A program made the translations under genes and the position numbers. A DNA stretch of 64,000 nt from Botryllus schlosseri (lineage: Eukaryota). The notes beneath the pieces were generated by a model, which had not been told where the DNA came from, did no database searches, and worked only from the letters and a program-made list of their open reading frames with translations. Positions 11,551 to 21,800 of the stretch are shown here, one piece after another (positions within the stretch are counted from its first letter, which is position 1; each line of letters begins with the position of its first letter). The stretch lies in assembly GCA_051294905.1 (NCBI GenBank), contig CM119378.1, positions 21,080,001-21,144,000 of the forward strand, in the 5' to 3' direction.

Positions 11551-12855
11551 ATGACAAAAACCAGAAGTAGAAAGACCCAGCGCGAATCTATTGAGAAGCA
11601 TGAGGCAAACGATCGGGAAAGTGAAGTACAATATTCTGCCTTCGTCAGTAGAGCAGTGGGGGAATTGAAGGAATATCTAAACAGAAAGATTGCACTACAG
11701 GAAGAAAGGCTGTTAAAAACGGAAGCTCAACTAAGTAATAGAATTGATGGTCTTGAACAAGGACTAGCCGAGATTATGACTTTTATTCAGACGGTAACCG
11801 GCGCTACACTGCCAGCTCAACCTGCCGCTGCGACTACTGAACGTGAGTCGGTTGAGCAAGAACAGGAAATTGTGACCTCGTCAGAGCCGGTTGTTGAAAA
11901 ATTCCCGGAACCAGTCAGTCCGTCATCAGGAAAGTCAGCCGTAAGTGATGGTATTTCTATGTCGAGAAATTTAGCCCCAGTCATGGAGCAACATTTGACC
12001 AATAATTCTGGTCGTTATAGACCTAAACGGCCTCAACCGTTTGACGGAACTAGCTCTTGGAATAGTTATATATGCCATTTTGAAGCGGTGGCCGAGTATA
12101 ACAGATGGGATGACTATGAAAAGGGCTACGAATTAGCAACTTGTATGCTAGGGCAAGCTCTTGACTTACTCTCTGAACTAGCACCGTCAGATCGGAACAA
12201 CTATGCGATAGTCGTGGCGCATATGCAGAATTTCTTCAATCCCACTGGGGGAGAAATGGCCTACCGGGCAATGTTTGACAATAGGGTACGGAACAATGCC
12301 GAAACTCCCATGGAGTATGGAGCCGCTTTAAAGTTACTGGCAACAAAAGCATTTCCATCGCTGGATTTGCCTGGGCGGGACGTGATGTTGAAGACGCAGT
12401 TTTTCAGGGGAATTGCTGACAACGAAATGCGCAAGCTTGTTGCCATGCAGCAGCCGAAGTCATTAGAAGATGCAATAGCACTCGCCACTCAATACTATTA
12501 CCTCGACGCTATGGACAATACTGTTAAGAGAGAGGGCAAGCCGCGTGCTGGCATCGCTTCTGTGACTAGGAACGAATGTCATTCGTCGTCGGATGAGCCG
12601 ATTCCCAAGATGGATGATACTCTGAGTGAGCTCAAGGATTTGCTGCTGAAGCTGGTACAACAGAATACGCCGACCAAACCTTGTCCGCTATGTAAACAGC
12701 ATGGTCATTGGGCCAGGCAATGCCCAAATGTACCGCCAGGAGCTCGCCGTTGCTTCAACTGTCGTGAAGAAGGGCACATGAGGAGGGACTGCCCAACACT
12801 CGGTGTTACAATGCCGAACGACCCTGTATCAAAAAACGCGATGCAGCAGGCATGA
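11551..12855 (+). CDS. gag: Retrotransposon Gag (coiled coil, capsid, two CCHC zinc knuckles), 434 aa
   Basis: Seen: intact ORF from ATG 11551; PQPFDGTSSWNSYICHFEAVAEYNRW capsid-type segment; CPLCKQHGHWARQC and CFNCREEGHMRRDC. Confidence 0.93.
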   Translation: MTKTRSRKTQRESIEKHEANDRESEVQYSAFVSRAVGELKEYLNRKIALQEERLLKTEAQLSNRIDGLEQGLAEIMTFIQTVTGATLPAQPAAATTERESVEQEQEIVTSSEPVVEKFPEPVSPSSGKSAVSDGISMSRNLAPVMEQHLTNNSGRYRPKRPQPFDGTSSWNSYICHFEAVAEYNRWDDYEKGYELATCMLGQALDLLSELAPSDRNNYAIVVAHMQNFFNPTGGEMAYRAMFDNRVRNNAETPMEYGAALKLLATKAFPSLDLPGRDVMLKTQFFRGIADNEMRKLVAMQQPKSLEDAIALATQYYYLDAMDNTVKREGKPRAGIASVTRNECHSSSDEPIPKMDDTLSELKDLLLKLVQQNTPTKPCPLCKQHGHWARQCPNVPPGARRCFNCREEGHMRRDCPTLGVTMPNDPVSKNAMQQA

Positions 12856-12872
12856 GGTCCTCATCGCCTGCT
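12831..12872 (+). promoter_or_regulatory. -1 programmed ribosomal frameshift signal
   Basis: Seen: A AAA AAC heptamer in Gag phase (12831-12837), 7-nt spacer, hairpin AGCAGGC-ATGAG[GTC]CTCAT-C-GCCTGCT (12845-12872); the -1 frame is open into the protease ORF. Confidence 0.85.
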
Positions 12873-14264
12873 ACTGCGATTGTTGATGATGAAAAGAAAA
12901 TGGACCTGTTTTTGAGACCATGGATTTCAGCTATCCAGTGGGAAGATAGCTGGTATGCTAAAATTGAGGTGAATACTCAATCGATATGGTTTATGGTGGA
13001 TAGTGGCGCTGGTACGACATTACTAGATAAATCACTTCTAGAATCGATTGGTAGTGTTCTGAATCCGTGTACGCGTTCGTTCGATGCGGTGGGAGGATAC
13101 CCACTGGACATCTCTGGTACCGTGAAAGTGGAGCTCAATGTTGGCTTGGTGGCGGCTCGACAGACGGTGGTTGTAGCGGATTTGGGTGTGCCAATCGGAC
13201 TTCTTGGAATGGACTTTTTGAAGAGTCATGAGTGTGTCATGCATCTCTCTTCCGGAATACTGGACGTCGCAGGAGAAGAAGTGAAACTCACCAGTCATGA
13301 CAGGGTACCTTTCTGCCAGGTGATCATTGACGACGATGTTGAAATTCCACTGCTGCACGAGAAAAATACTCCGTTTAAAACAGAAAGAAGAGAAAGTTCT
13401 GATTCACAGCACAAAAGTAGGCATACGGGACAGCCAGTAAAGAGAGCGTCGTCTGAAGGAGGGTCCCCGGTGCTGGGGAGGAGAGGCTCATTGCGACGGA
13501 CACCGAAAACCGGCTCCTGCGAAGAAATGAAAATTGTAGCTGCAATGTTTGACAGCAAGGAAACTCCTGGCGATACAAAGGCAGAGAACCCGTGTTGCAC
13601 CCGACGTAGATCCGGGGCCAATTCTGCGATAATGGGCATTCCGAGAGAGAGTCTGAGAAGACGCAAGAGCAGGGTCCTGCTCTGGTCCGACGTTGTCAAG
13701 AAGAATGCGAAGAAAAAGACAAAACCCGCTAATGTAAATGTCCAGCGTCAGAAACCTGCCAAAATCGATCGTAGATTTGTTGGAACGACTCCGAAGCAGC
13801 AATCCTTGTCGCATCATGTGAACTCGCCTGTGACGATGTACATTGGGAAACGAGCAAAATCCAGGAGATTGAAAGTGACCGTTGTCGATTGGCCGACCAA
13901 TCAGCTCAATTCTGGTATGAGTTCGGGTACCATTACCTCCGGGGGTAAGATAATTGAAGGCCAGCCTACCCAGAGTGAGGTGGCAGTCAAACGAAAGACT
14001 CGAGGTAGTAAGATTGTAGAAAAACGCGTTGCTCCAAAACCCACAGTCGTCGAACCCCAGAAAGTGGGTGAGAAAAGACGAAGTAAGACGGAAACTGCAG
14101 TGGGAGAAGAACCGAAGAAAATGAGATCACAGAAAACTGCAGATGCAGAAACGAAATTTCGTTGTCGGAGTAACCCCAGTAATAATAGAGAATACAGCCA
14201 AACGTTGGTGAAAAAAAAAGAACCTGGTTTTACGTGTCGTCAACTTGCGACATTGCTTGCGTGA
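12852..14264 (+). CDS. Retropepsin aspartic protease fused to a Lys/Arg/Ser/Thr-rich tail of about 300 aa
   Basis: Seen: FMVDSGAGTTLL catalytic motif and GLLGMDFL segment; stop-free to 14264; -1 frame relative to gag, with an ATGA overlap at 12852-12855. Confidence 0.88.
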   Translation: MRSSSPATAIVDDEKKMDLFLRPWISAIQWEDSWYAKIEVNTQSIWFMVDSGAGTTLLDKSLLESIGSVLNPCTRSFDAVGGYPLDISGTVKVELNVGLVAARQTVVVADLGVPIGLLGMDFLKSHECVMHLSSGILDVAGEEVKLTSHDRVPFCQVIIDDDVEIPLLHEKNTPFKTERRESSDSQHKSRHTGQPVKRASSEGGSPVLGRRGSLRRTPKTGSCEEMKIVAAMFDSKETPGDTKAENPCCTRRRSGANSAIMGIPRESLRRRKSRVLLWSDVVKKNAKKKTKPANVNVQRQKPAKIDRRFVGTTPKQQSLSHHVNSPVTMYIGKRAKSRRLKVTVVDWPTNQLNSGMSSGTITSGGKIIEGQPTQSEVAVKRKTRGSKIVEKRVAPKPTVVEPQKVGEKRRSKTETAVGEEPKKMRSQKTADAETKFRCRSNPSNNREYSQTLVKKKEPGFTCRQLATLLA

Positions 14265-14532
14265 GGCTGACCTCGCGCAACCTTGATGAAGAAATCCGAT
14301 CCGGAGGTCGAAGGTTAGAATGTAGATGTTGAGATGCCTGATACTTCCCGCGGGGATGCAGACTTCGAATCTTGTCAGTGACGTCGTCCCGTTAACTTGA
14401 ACGATTTCTATTTGATGCCCTAAGCATTTAGCTCTTGTTTAGTATGTTTATGTTGTTGCTTCTTTCTTGCAAACTCCGTTCGCTCGACCATATTGATTTC
14501 GATTGCTATTAAGAGAATCTCCATCAAAGATA

Positions 14533-14543
14533 CGAGGGGGTAG
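14533..14543 (+). promoter_or_regulatory. Polypurine tract
   Basis: Seen: CGAGGGGGTAG immediately before the TG of the 3' LTR. Confidence 0.8.
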
Positions 14544-14735
14544 TGTGAAAACCCAGTATTTGACATCTTGATATTTTCCGGTTGTAAAATTTTTGGTGAA
14601 ACTTTCCGCGCGCTTTCCTTTGTTAGTCGGTCGACGGGATTGGTCTGGGGTTGGAGTGAGCACTGAGTACGGTAGTAAGTTGCTGCTTTTTAATTAAATG
14701 TTACTAAGATAATACGACTGGAGTCTGTGGCTGCA
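14544..14735 (+). repeat. 3' LTR, lacking the last 67 bp
   Basis: Seen: identical by eye to 11216-11407, then diverges abruptly after GGCTGCA. Confidence 0.93.
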
Positions 14736-15043
14736 CTTTAACAGCCCAGTACACGAAAGAAACCGGTACCGGTACAAGGCACAGGAAATGCGTAGACTAT
14801 ATTATTACCAATAGACAATCCCATCGGTCATTTATTAGCAACGTTGTTTAATTTCTACAGCCAATATAGCGAGTATCTCGTAAGCGTATCAAGATCATTG
14901 AGATATTTCTTGTTTTAGATCAGTGGTTCTAAACCGACAGTCAGGAGACCGCAGTGACTCTTCTGCCAGCCCGCCGGATATTTTGTTATAATATATTTTA
15001 ATTGCAAAATACATGATGTTGACGGCTTGTCACTTGATAAAAG

Positions 15044-15168
15044 AATTGAACAGTTTATTCATATTGAAATGAACCCGAATATTTTCGGCTGACACTCGTC
15101 AGGGGTAATCGTCAGCAACTAGTACAGAATTGGAAAGAACATTGTATATCAACAATCGTATCACAAAA
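15044..15168. repeat. About 125-bp dispersed repeat (inverted copy at 49734-49859; degenerate copy 49963-50073)
   Basis: Seen: about 5 differences by eye between 15044-15168 and the reverse complement of 49734-49859; no TIR or TSD. Confidence 0.85.
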
Positions 15169-16449
15169 TATGACGTCACCAGCATGAAATTTTGTGAATG
15201 AGAGAGCGTTCAATGTACTATTTTTAGGTGGTATACGAACTCTTTTTGTTGACAGAGTTTTGGTCGGTGTATTTTGATAAAAGTCGACTCCAAGGCACAC
15301 AAATGGATTTGTGAACGGCCTCGCCCACCGATTCGAAATCGGTCGTCTCGATAATTATTCGCGCACATCGGATTATCAAACAGATGTTTGCCGATGGCAG
15401 AATTAATGGCCTTTGATCGATCAGCATCAATCTTAAGCGGATAAAAGAAGTAAAACATCAAATTCAAAACTGATTTAGAACTTCTCCAGTCCTGCAATTT
15501 ATAGAGGTGTGACGCAACATTATACCTGGTAACATGTTCGATTTGATTTGAAGTTCATACCGTATATCCGGTGACGACAAGTAAGCGACAACTATGAGCT
15601 GACTCCCTGAATCAAGCAGTTTACAAGATCATTCGTTAAAGCTGTTTTGTGGGTCGGCGGTAGTCGCTGTAGCAGGCGTTTGCGTGCGGCACATTGTATT
15701 CGTACTACGAATGTCGTAGTACGTCTGGTGGTAGTAGGAAATAAGCAAGGCATATCACGATTCCCGACAAGGTGTTTGATACGACTCCGAAACTCTTCAC
15801 CTCTCGATATTGTCGACGAGAATAATAATATTCGAGTTATAGTGTAGTCGGTTTATCAGGATTGTAACCAAGTCACATGGTTCCGAGCCACGAGTCAATC
15901 TTACTTTTGTGGTTTTGACTCGAGTCAAGTCGAGTCATTTTCAATTCAACACCGAGTCGAGTCCGAGTCCAAGTCACTGTTTACCGGGTCAAGTCCGAGT
16001 CATAGTGTTATGACTCGAGTCCGAGTCCAAGTCACAGTATTGAAGTGATATTCATCCAATGTTTTCAATCTTGCTTGGGTGATATCGAATTCCTTGCTTG
16101 CCTAACATGCTTATTTTGTCTCTACCAGAGTCTTGGCACATGTTTATTTAGGTGGATTACGGACAGTTCCTGGCCTCATTTACCGATGCTACAGATAGAC
16201 GAGACAGGCCGCCAATATGATAACTTTACTAATCTTAGAATCCAAAATCAAATGTCTGTCTCGTCAGTCTTATACATCACAAATACAAGCATTCAGTTTT
16301 TATTACGACCACATCGAAGACAGTTCACAAATAGCTGATTGAGAACCTACGAATTCACGTCGACAAATAAGGTGATAGAGAATCAACAGATGCGTGTTTA
16401 TGTAGGGGTATTTTCACCAGACCAGCATGCGGTAAAAGCGTGCATGTAG

Positions 16450-16875
16450 TAGTGCGGAGCATGGACCGGATCCGGATTGGATATCCGGCCGGATTTTTAC
16501 AATTTTGACCGGACAGGATCGGAGCCGGATCAGTACTTTTTCTGTTACGACCGGAGTCGGATCACTACTTTTTTGATCCGGCCAGAATATTTATGGATAA
16601 GCATAACTTTTATAACTATATAACTACCAACCAACCACACGTAAATAACCACCAAGCCAGTGTGAACATAAACGAGGCATATTTATCAATTCACGGAACC
16701 TCCGTACCGAGTAGGGCCGGATTTCTGGCCGGACTTTTTCATTTTTGGCCGGAACCGGATTGGAGCCGGATCAGTACTTTTCCTGATGCAGCCGGAGCCG
16801 GATCGGAGCCGGACCACAGAATTGCACAACCGGATCGGAGCCGGACCAAAGAATTTGTCGATCCGCTCCGCACTA
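16450..16875. mobile_element. hAT MITE with CCGGA repeats, nested in 15857-18345
   Basis: Seen: ends TAGTGCGGAGC...GCTCCGCACTA, many CCGGAT/CCGGAC motifs, exact 8-bp TSD GCATGTAG (16442-16449, 16876-16883). Confidence 0.92.
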
Positions 16876-17589
16876 GCATGTAGCTATGTGCAGTGACAAA
16901 AACAGATACCTTTTGATATTACTAAAGGTTTTACCAATTGCATTACAGACTACATCGCAGTTACAGCACTGGACAAATAATTGGGGCTGTTAAAAAACAT
17001 TTTTTTTCAATTTTCCGGCTACTTCTTAGTATTGTTAGATTGCCTAAAATACTTAAATTTGGCTCAATTCCGACCGGTAGAAAGTAATTCTCTGGGAGAA
17101 AATTTTGCATTAATTACGAATAGAGATTTTCGGATTTTACTGACTACCTCATGATATTGTTAGATTGTGTAAAAATATGATTCATAGCAAATTTGGCTCT
17201 ATTCCAACAAGAAGAAGCGAAGTTATCAGAGGAGGATATTTTGGATATGAAAAAATAGTCGGCTTACCACTAGTATGTAATTATATTATATGAAAGAATT
17301 TCTCCCTAAAAATGCTCCATTAATTTTCAAATCCAAAATTTTCTCTTCTCATATCATTGATTCTACTTTTTAAAATTTAACCAGATCCAGTGTTCTTTTA
17401 ATGCAACATAACAATTTTATCAAGTAGCCTAGCCATCAAGTAAAATAAAAAAAAAAGTTATTTTTGAACAGCCCTACTGTACAAACATCACACAACATTA
17501 GCCATTCATGATTACTCACTTGCACAATGCACATACCTAATAAAACGTCAAATGGACGGAGGGTATTGTGTGTTTTCACAGACGGCAGA

Positions 17590-17862
17590 TCAAATCAATG
17601 ATGAGTTACACTTCAAAAATACCAAAGTGGAGAGGAGATCCTCAGATATATTAAAGCGGCGTGGCCTTAGAATAAATCCACATTTACTGAATACACTTTC
17701 CACTGGTGCACTAGATGCAGGAATTGACAAGCATTTTTGAACCTCACTGAAGAGCGTTGGATACTCATTCTTTCTAGTCGCCCAAAAATGTAAATAATCA
17801 TCGCCTTCAAATCTACACATGAGCTTATCAGTCTGTTCCAAGTACTTGACCATCTGAGTCAT
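17590..17862 (-). pseudogene. hAT transposase C-terminal dimerisation domain fragment
   Basis: Seen: LHFWATRKNEYPTLFSEVQKCLSIPASSAPVESVFSKCG...LVFLKCN. Knowledge: hATC motif (W..P.L...LS.PA+S...ER.FS). Confidence 0.88.
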
Positions 17863-18560
17863 TGCATTGGCTCCAATTGAACTTTGCTTCGATTCTTTGC
17901 TTGTATAATTGAAAAGTCTTGAGAACGGTACTTTGATTGCGGAGGAATTATTACCTCTTCATCACTGGATGATTTTGTACAATGCATTGCTACTATGTAC
18001 CATTGTCTGTTGTTTTTACGGCGGCCTATCTGATATCAGACTAGTGCAACGAAAGCAGTGGTGACAAATAGCGATGTCGGCAGAATTCGTCAGATGCGTT
18101 GATCTAGCCGTTACGATTCGCAAATTTCTTCGTCTTCGAGTCATATAAAATAAACCAAGTCAATGACTTGGGTCGAGTCATGCGTAATGACTCGAGTACA
18201 AGTCGAGTCAATCCAAATATTGACTCGAGTCGAGTCGAGTCATTTTCCCATTTCAAGAAAATGACTCGAGTCAAGTCGAGTCACAAAAAAATCGTGACTC
18301 GAGTCTGACTCGAGTCGAGTCATGACTCGAGTCATTGCCACCCTGCAAATAACATCCATCAGAGAATATTATTAGTTAGTGACGAAATGCTAATTTTTAA
18401 TCGAGTGCTTACTTTAGTTTTATACGTTTATGCGTTTCGATAACTTTTGACCATATAGCGGACAATAGGTAACAAAATAACATGTAACGATTTAATTGTA
18501 CCAACGGGCACGTCCGAATATGTTCAATTACTAATTCAATTACATTTTCCAATACAACAG

Positions 18561-18830
18561 CTCATTCAGCGCTACTGGTAAATCTGATTACGTGGGCTGA
18601 GAGGATAAAAAGTTTATAGTTACATATATATGCAATTACAACCTATTTCATTCATGCATTATAGAAAATTTTGGCTCCTAGGGCGACCATGCCACATAAA
18701 CTTTGCTGACCATCGAAATCACGTGACGGGGTTCTTGGGGGCCAAGCCCTCATGAGTTTGGTTTATCATGCTATGTGTGCCCAAGACAATCGTTTTTTTA
18801 GAGGGGCTGACGAAGTGCTGGCACGGCCCT
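18561..18830. mobile_element. Partial copy of the 46872/53795 hAT MITE family
   Basis: Seen: shares GGTAAATCTGATTACGT, GGTTTATCA and terminal GGGGCTGACGAAGTGCTG(G)CACGGCCCT with 54800-55117. Confidence 0.75.
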
Positions 18831-18855
18831 CCCTCCCTCCCTTCAACATTATCTT

Positions 18856-18951
18856 TATTACAGTCCTTAAAATATCAGGTGGGGGGGGGGGCGCTGGAGC
18901 ACGATAATGTTTGAAAGGGGGCGCTGGAGGAAAAAAGGTCAAGAACCACTG
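18856..18951. mobile_element. Right end of a Buster-like MITE (second copy at about 48905-49000)
   Basis: Seen: TACAGTCCTTAAAATA...GGGGGCGCTGGAGG(G/A)AAAAAGGT(C/T)AAGAACCACTG at both sites. Confidence 0.65.
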
Positions 18952-19545
18952 TTTTAAACAAAGTGTTTTAAATAACCATTACTTTTAAATGCAACTCTAG
19001 TTATAGGGTGCACACGGCGGTATCCGGGTGATACTGCTACTGATGATATCCTCATCTCAAAGACTAAACCATTCAGACGTCTGCTCATGTTTTGCGGGAC
19101 CGACATATAATTCAACGGAGCCCTGCGCAACCCGTTTCGTTGCGGAATATAATCAGCTTCACAAAGGCTAGAAATGCTCTTTGAGCGATACCTCTCTCAA
19201 GTCTCAAATAGACAATATAATACTTATTGAAACCATAAATATGCAGGCAGCAGAAGTATAAAAGTAAAGCCCTACTTTTATTCTAATTACACTGTGAGGC
19301 GTTAATTTTGAGGTTACTAAAATATTGGCGGTTCCTAGTGTACTATTTGATGCTGAATCCAAAGCTGTTATCCGCTTTGTTCAATCAAGTCTAGTTTTTC
19401 GGCAAATTGCATTCGAATTTTCTAAAACTGCAGATTTTAGCGTTATGCGATTAATATTTGTGACGTCATAAAAAGAAGTTCGCAATGAAGTTTTTATGAA
19501 AAGTTTAGAAAATATTTCAATTAGGACGATGACCATTCCCTATAG

Positions 19546-20728
19546 CAGTGGTTCTCAACCTTTTTGACCTCGCAGCACACTTTGAAAATGAAAATTAGTT
19601 CGCGGCACACTAGCACAGTGGTTCTGAACTCTTTTGGCTTACGGCACAGGCAAACTATAAAAATGCGTATAGCAGCAACCATAGTCTTACAGAGGTGGTC
19701 ACTGACGAAGTACTTCTACCTTTTCGGAGCACTCAAGTAGGCTGTTTTTTTTCTGCTTGAGTTTTCTTTTATCTCTGTGGAGATCTCACAAATTGTAACT
19801 GATATAATTTGATCAACTTTACTTCTCAATTCTCATATTTGTCGCCTGCAACATCTTAACAATCGCAATGTGAATGGCTATGTTGGCAATTGTAATTTGT
19901 AAACGTGAACGTGAACATCACTTCCAAATTAGTTCATTTCTCGATGGTGAGAATGCCTTCCTAGGTGTTGGAGGATTATTTAGGCTCCTGCTCGTCCTCC
20001 GATCTGCAAAAGCAGTGTCTTAGAAAAAGTGGGCCGTGCTATAAGTTGGTATCTCAGGAATCAAAATTAGGAATATCAGTATGGTGTAAAATGATCATCG
20101 ATGACGAAGACATGACTACAAATAGACACAGAAAAAGGTCATCAACCTGCGTCATGACCCTGTTCTGCCTCGGGTTCTGATGGGTGACAAGTAAAAGGTG
20201 AACACTTCGGCCACACCTCAATATCACGGTCCGATTGCCCGAGTTTAGCTATCACCGTCCTAAATGCTACTGTGTGCGGGCAAACTAGCGTATCACACCC
20301 ACTGACGGCGGAGGCACCAGTTTGATTCATGGCAGTGCTGTAGCAAGTTACGAAGCGTCGCAGATTTATTAGATTATCCGCCCCTATACGTGGCTGTGCT
20401 CATAGCGTCTTTACAATAAAGGGCCCAGAGAAAGACCCAATCCATGACCTAATGGGGATGTCAGATTGAGATACTAGATTGAGATACCGTAACTACGGTC
20501 GCCTCGACATCCTTATATCTGTTCACGGCATCGGATTGTCTGTTCACTGCATCGGATTGTGCATCACAAGTCTTGACCGGGTAAATTCAATAGAAAAACC
20601 AACGATGACACACTCAAAATCTGGATTTTTGTTATACTTCGACATAGTTTGCTACATTTGCTCGCGGCACACCCGAGCAGTCCGATTGGCACACTAGTGT
20701 GTCGCGGCACACCGGTTGGGAACAACTG
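19546..20728. mobile_element. Non-autonomous hAT (Buster/Charlie-like) element
   Basis: Seen: CAGTGGTTCTCAACC...GGTTGGGAACAACTG, GCGGCACAC repeats, exact TSD CCCTATAG (19538-19545, 20729-20736). Confidence 0.9.
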
Positions 20729-20799
20729 CCCTATAGTATACTGTAAAGATTTTTCACGAATAATATCAGCTTTGGGCATATAGTCTACAGATAGGCAGA

Positions 20800-21800
20800 A
20801 CAGCGATTGTTTTTGAGCTCATCTCACCTCAAGGCATTATTACTACATAATGACATAATGGTTGTGTTGCTGATGGATAATTGGACATTCAGTGAAGCTC
20901 ACTGAACGCTATGAAGACATGAAATTCATTTTGAAACTTCTTCAGTGTAACCAACACAACTGGAAAATAGTTGGTGACTTAAAAATGATTTGCATACATA
21001 CTAAATGTCTTATTTTTGTATACGTGGAACTCTATGGCTGATGATCACCACTACTCGCAAATTAGCTGGCCACACAGAACAAGTTTTTCACCTGGTTTTG
21101 AAAATGTCAAATCTGCTTACTTCGTTGATCCGCAATATATTCTTTTGTCACCCCTCCACATTAAACGTTGTCTCTTAGAAAACTATAACTAGGCACTTGA
21201 TAAAGATGGCCCAACCTTCAAGTTCTTACAAATTTGTTTTCCCCGTATCACTACACACAACACACATGTTGTTGTTGTTGGTATTGAGTTTGTGGTGCTC
21301 GGCAGCTATGGCCTTGTGCACCAGGTCTATTAGTTATTATGTATTCATTATTCCATTATATCTCTCTTCCGGACAACAAAACGAATTCTATTACCGAGGA
21401 TAAATTTGTTTTCCCCGTATCACTACACACAACACACATGTGTGCAGTAGATAAGAGACCGTGGACAGCTTTTCGAGTAGTATTTTAAACTTTCACGGAA
21501 AGCATAGCAGCCCTGATTACGAAGCACAGGTCAAATAGCTGCTTGAAAGCTTTCAATCCTTTTGAGCTCTGATGTCCTTGAAAATGCACTTTCTGATTTC
21601 TCATTAGGATTACCCTCCAGTCAACTGTAGTGATTACAGCGAACAACAAGGACAGAGATTCCACCAATACCTTCACCAGATGGAAGAAATGTCTCAAGGA
21701 TACACGGACGTAAACATGTTGGCAGATTGCCGTTGGTGCTTAAAGAGAGATCCGCACATAACTCCAAACATGAAGAGAATCTTTGAAGCGACATTTATTG
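20800..21800 (+). pseudogene. Degenerate Chapaev3-like (CMC) transposase
   Basis: Seen in broken frames: LKALLLHN, HNWKIVGDLKMI, ILLSPLHIK, ALDKDGPTFKFL and SEQQGQRFHQ...MLADCRWCLKRD. The family name is from memory of Chapaev3 motifs (LPPLHIKLG, SDEQGERFHQ); boundaries are approximate. Confidence 0.7.
21230..21441 (-). mobile_element. 132-bp retroposon 3' fragment with (AAC)n tail flanked by an exact 40-bp duplication
   Basis: Seen: AAATTTGTTTTCCCCGTATCACTACACACAACACACATGT at 21230-21269 and 21402-21441; the insert starts with (GTT)n on the plus strand. Confidence 0.75.

Larger units (their letters stand above)
11216..14735 (+). mobile_element. Ty3/Gypsy-type LTR element encoding only Gag and protease plus an unknown tail (non-autonomous)
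   Basis: Seen: LTRs, PBS, PPT, Gag ORF with two CCHC knuckles, retropepsin ORF; no RT (YxDD), RNase H or integrase motifs anywhere between the LTRs. Confidence 0.95.
15857..18345 (-). mobile_element. Internally deleted hAT transposon with GACTCGAGTC subterminal arrays
   Basis: Seen: dense GACTCGAGTC/GAGTCAAGTC repeats at about 15915-16035 and 18150-18335, right end TCATTGCCACCCTG, hAT dimerisation fragment inside. Left end is degenerate and no TSD was found. Confidence 0.75.

Noticed and set aside
13038-13817. Antisense ORFs within the LTR element
   Set aside because: They are short shadows of the long plus-strand ORF with no recognisable motif.
16984-17474. MITE bounded by GGGCTGTT(A/C)AAAAA inverted ends
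   Set aside because: Only a 14-bp imperfect AT-rich match with no TSD; plausible but unsupported.
15900-18345. CRISPR-like or satellite array from GACTCGAGTC repeats (also 63646-63800)
   Set aside because: Spacing is irregular, there are no unique fixed-length spacers or cas genes, the context is eukaryotic, and the repeats flank a hAT transposase fragment, so they are subterminal repeats.
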